Source of the DNA: Octopus sinensis
Lineage: Eukaryota
Assembly (NCBI RefSeq): GCF_006345805.1
Contig: NC_043001.1
Coordinates: forward strand, 26,536,001 to 26,600,000
Length of the DNA: 64,000 nucleotides
Direction: 5' to 3'
The notes below the pieces were generated by a model. The model worked only from the letters and a program-made list of their open reading frames with translations. It ran no database searches and was not told where the DNA came from. The translations under genes were made by a program, and so were the position numbers. Each line of letters opens with the position of its first letter. Positions within the stretch are counted from its first letter, which is position 1. Below are positions 61,624 through 64,000 of this stretch, piece after piece.

Positions 61624-62910
61624 CTGTAAGAAAGATAAAACGACAAAACTAATACTGATGCATCTAATGAACAGATATGGAAAAAAGTTCTATGCGAAAC
61701 ATAAATGTAAAAAGGAACATTTTTCTGTTCGGAATATTATTGCTAAAACACTGGCTAACACCAATCAACAAGCAATCTGTTAAAAGTTGTGCATATCAAA
61801 TACAGCTTCATGGTTTCAGTCATTGAACTGTGGCCATCCTGGGGTACCTGTAGAAGACATGAGATGAGGTGGTGAAGCATGATCTTCGAATGTTGGGCCT
61901 GATGGAGGCAATGACTAGTGACTGAGACCTTTGGCGATATGCCATGCTTGAGAAGACCTGTCAAACCAGGTGCAATTGTAGTCATGACTGATACTGGTAT
62001 CACGTACTTGGCACCAATGCTGGTGGCATGTAAAAAACACCTTTCAAGTGATGGGTCTCAGAGGCCAGTGTCGCATAACTAGTACCTGTGCTGGTGAGCA
62101 TGGTAGGTAGGTAATAGCAGATCTGAAGAAATCTAATAGAATAAATGTGAAAACTAATTTCTGTGTCAGTGTCACACTTAGATCCCCTCTTTCACTATTT
62201 AAACAACACTCCTACTATTCCTCATGATGGGGTGAGAGTAATAGTAGGGTAGTGGCAAAGGCAGGGAGAGAAAGAAATTTAGGGAGAGTTGATGTTTTAT
62301 TAAAAGAAGTAGTGTTGATGGTAGCAGTGGGAGTAATAAGAGAGAGAGAGAGAAAGAGTGGGTTATGTGAGAGATAGAGGGACTGCACACTGAAGCAACA
62401 CGCTGAATAACATACTGAATGAACATGCACATTTAGCCTTTGATAGTAAAAGTATGAGTTGTAGTTGTGATAGAGGCGGAGGTGGCGTTGATGATGATGG
62501 TGGAGGGGAAGGCAGTGAAATCAAAGGTACTGAATGGTGTGTGTATAGCAGTTGTGATGGCAACAGTAGTGGTACTGGTGATGGTTGAAAACAATCAGCA
62601 GCAAGAGAGAGAGAGAAAAGAAAGAGGTTAGATATTAAAAAAATTGTACTGATGCCCAAATGGGAAGACAAAAAATGTTCATCATGCAGCTTTGCAATAA
62701 GTTCCAAGTCGACAAATTTCATCATTGTTTTGATGAAAATTGTTCATTGCTTGAAAAATATTGTTCAAGTTTAATAAAATATGTACTCAATGCATTTTTA
62801 TACACCCATTTTTATTAAAATTTACTTTCAATTTAGCATTCTGCCTTATTATAATTTTTCCTCTCCTATCAATTCTCCACGTGTGGTCAACACAACCCCA
62901 CCATTTATTG

Positions 62911-62946
<36 letters not shown>

Positions 62947-63020
62947 AAGAAACAAGAAGAAAATAAAATTAAAAGTAAAATAATTTAAGTTTATAGAGTA
63001 CAAAAGGGAAAATATATTAC

Positions 63021-63087
63021 CGTTTGAAATAAAATGCATATCTCAGCAAGATGATTACAAATACAACAGCTATGCTGACATAAATTG
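63021..63087 (-). CDS. HGSNAT: HGSNAT exon (first in window): IYVSIAVVFVIILLRYAFYFK
   Basis: cag|CA...CG|gtaa; hydrophobic first TM helix, positionally equal to the human DSNLPVSIAF region. Confidence 0.8.
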
Positions 63088-63439
63088 CTGGAAAGACAAT
63101 GAGATGCTATAAGTTACACAAAAACATTTTATTAAATCAACAAAACTATATATGTTTATAATGTTGAAAACATAACACATGTAATTATTTTTTAAAAAAA
63201 TTGTTACACTATTATACAATACTTCTTGCAAAGAGTGTCTGTAGTCACTGGACTTGCTAGGAACAGTAGCAAAATTTCCCTCAAATTGTACCCTACTACC
63301 TTAAAAAGGCCAGTTGAATGATGAATCCGAAATATACTATGCTTGAAAAAAAGATATGGTGGTCACAACTGAAATGCCTTTCATCACAAGTATTCCTAAT
63401 AAAAACTACCCTTGAACTAAACAGTACTTGTTATTTTTT

Positions 63440-63504
<65 letters not shown>

Positions 63505-63726
63505 AGGGAATATTATTCCAAACTTACAGGGAAAAATTCAATTTAGAAATACTAAATCAAATTTCACAAAATATAATATAATATATATATATATTGCACA
63601 TTACTCATTATTATATGTTTTATCTTATATTTAATCTTTCTAGAATACGTAATTTTTCTAAATGGTATAATTTAATTTTTCATTATTGAATTGATAAAAG
63701 GTGGTTTTTTTCCTAATTTATATATA

Positions 63727-64000
63727 GGCGCAGGAGTGGCTGTGTGGTAAGTAGCTTGCTGACCAACCACATGGTTCCGGGTTCAGTCCCACTGCGTGGC
63801 ATCTTGGGCAAGTGTCTTCTGCTATAGCCCCGGGCCGACCAATGCCTTGTGAGTGGATTTGGTAGACGGAAACTGAAAGAAGCCTGTCGTATATATGTAT
63901 ATATATATGTATGCGTGTGTGTGTTTGTGTGTCCCCCTAGCATTGCTTGACAACCGATGCTGGTGTGTTTACGTCCCCGTCACTTAGCGGTTCGGCAAAA
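63727..64000 (+). mobile_element. tRNA-derived SINE family A (runs off window)
   Basis: A box TGGCTGTGTGG, B box GGTTCAGTCC, internal TA/TG microsatellite. Other copies: 51213-51560(+), 50030-50402(-), 4331-5175(-), 30707-30910(-), 1535-1790(-), 33835-34015(-), 43075-43272(-). Confidence 0.88.

Noticed and set aside
62363-62725. 120-aa ORF with a Pro/Ser-rich stretch on the HGSNAT strand
   Set aside because: Low-complexity intronic sequence; flanking exons join in phase without it.
63727-63800. tRNA-like head with A and B boxes
   Set aside because: It is the head of a multi-copy SINE and lacks a full cloverleaf; not a tRNA gene.

Overview
AT-rich, microsatellite- and retroposon-dense eukaryotic genomic DNA. 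The repeat landscape suggests an octopus (coleoid cephalopod); this is an inference. Two multi-exon lysosomal genes sit tail-to-tail. On +, the 3' part of lysosomal alpha-mannosidase (MAN2B1-like, GH38) has 17 coding exons at 852-35547, stop TAA at 35545-35547. On -, the 3' part of heparan-alpha-glucosaminide N-acetyltransferase (HGSNAT) has 13 coding exons at 63087-38424. I traced all 30 exons by hand; all have AG/GT boundaries (except the terminal ends) and compatible phases. Both 5' ends lie outside the window. Introns hold a decayed RTE LINE and over 20 5'-truncated RTE 3'-UTR copies, CR1 3' ends, several tRNA-derived SINE families, two mariner remnants, hAT and piggyBac-like MITEs, and two non-autonomous Helitrons. 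Nearly all ORFs in the supplied track are repeat artefacts. The most notable finding is a palindromic element family (2379-2806, 49091-49433). Each arm folds into a minimal type I hammerhead-like ribozyme with a swapped G3-C8 core pair, an extra G after A9 and a palindromic stem III. A 58-nt one-sided tail and an approximately 12-bp TSD suggest a non-autonomous Penelope-like element with a ribozyme on both strands. A second, unrelated foldback (21639-21850) carries a similar motif. Ribozyme activity is predicted from sequence only.
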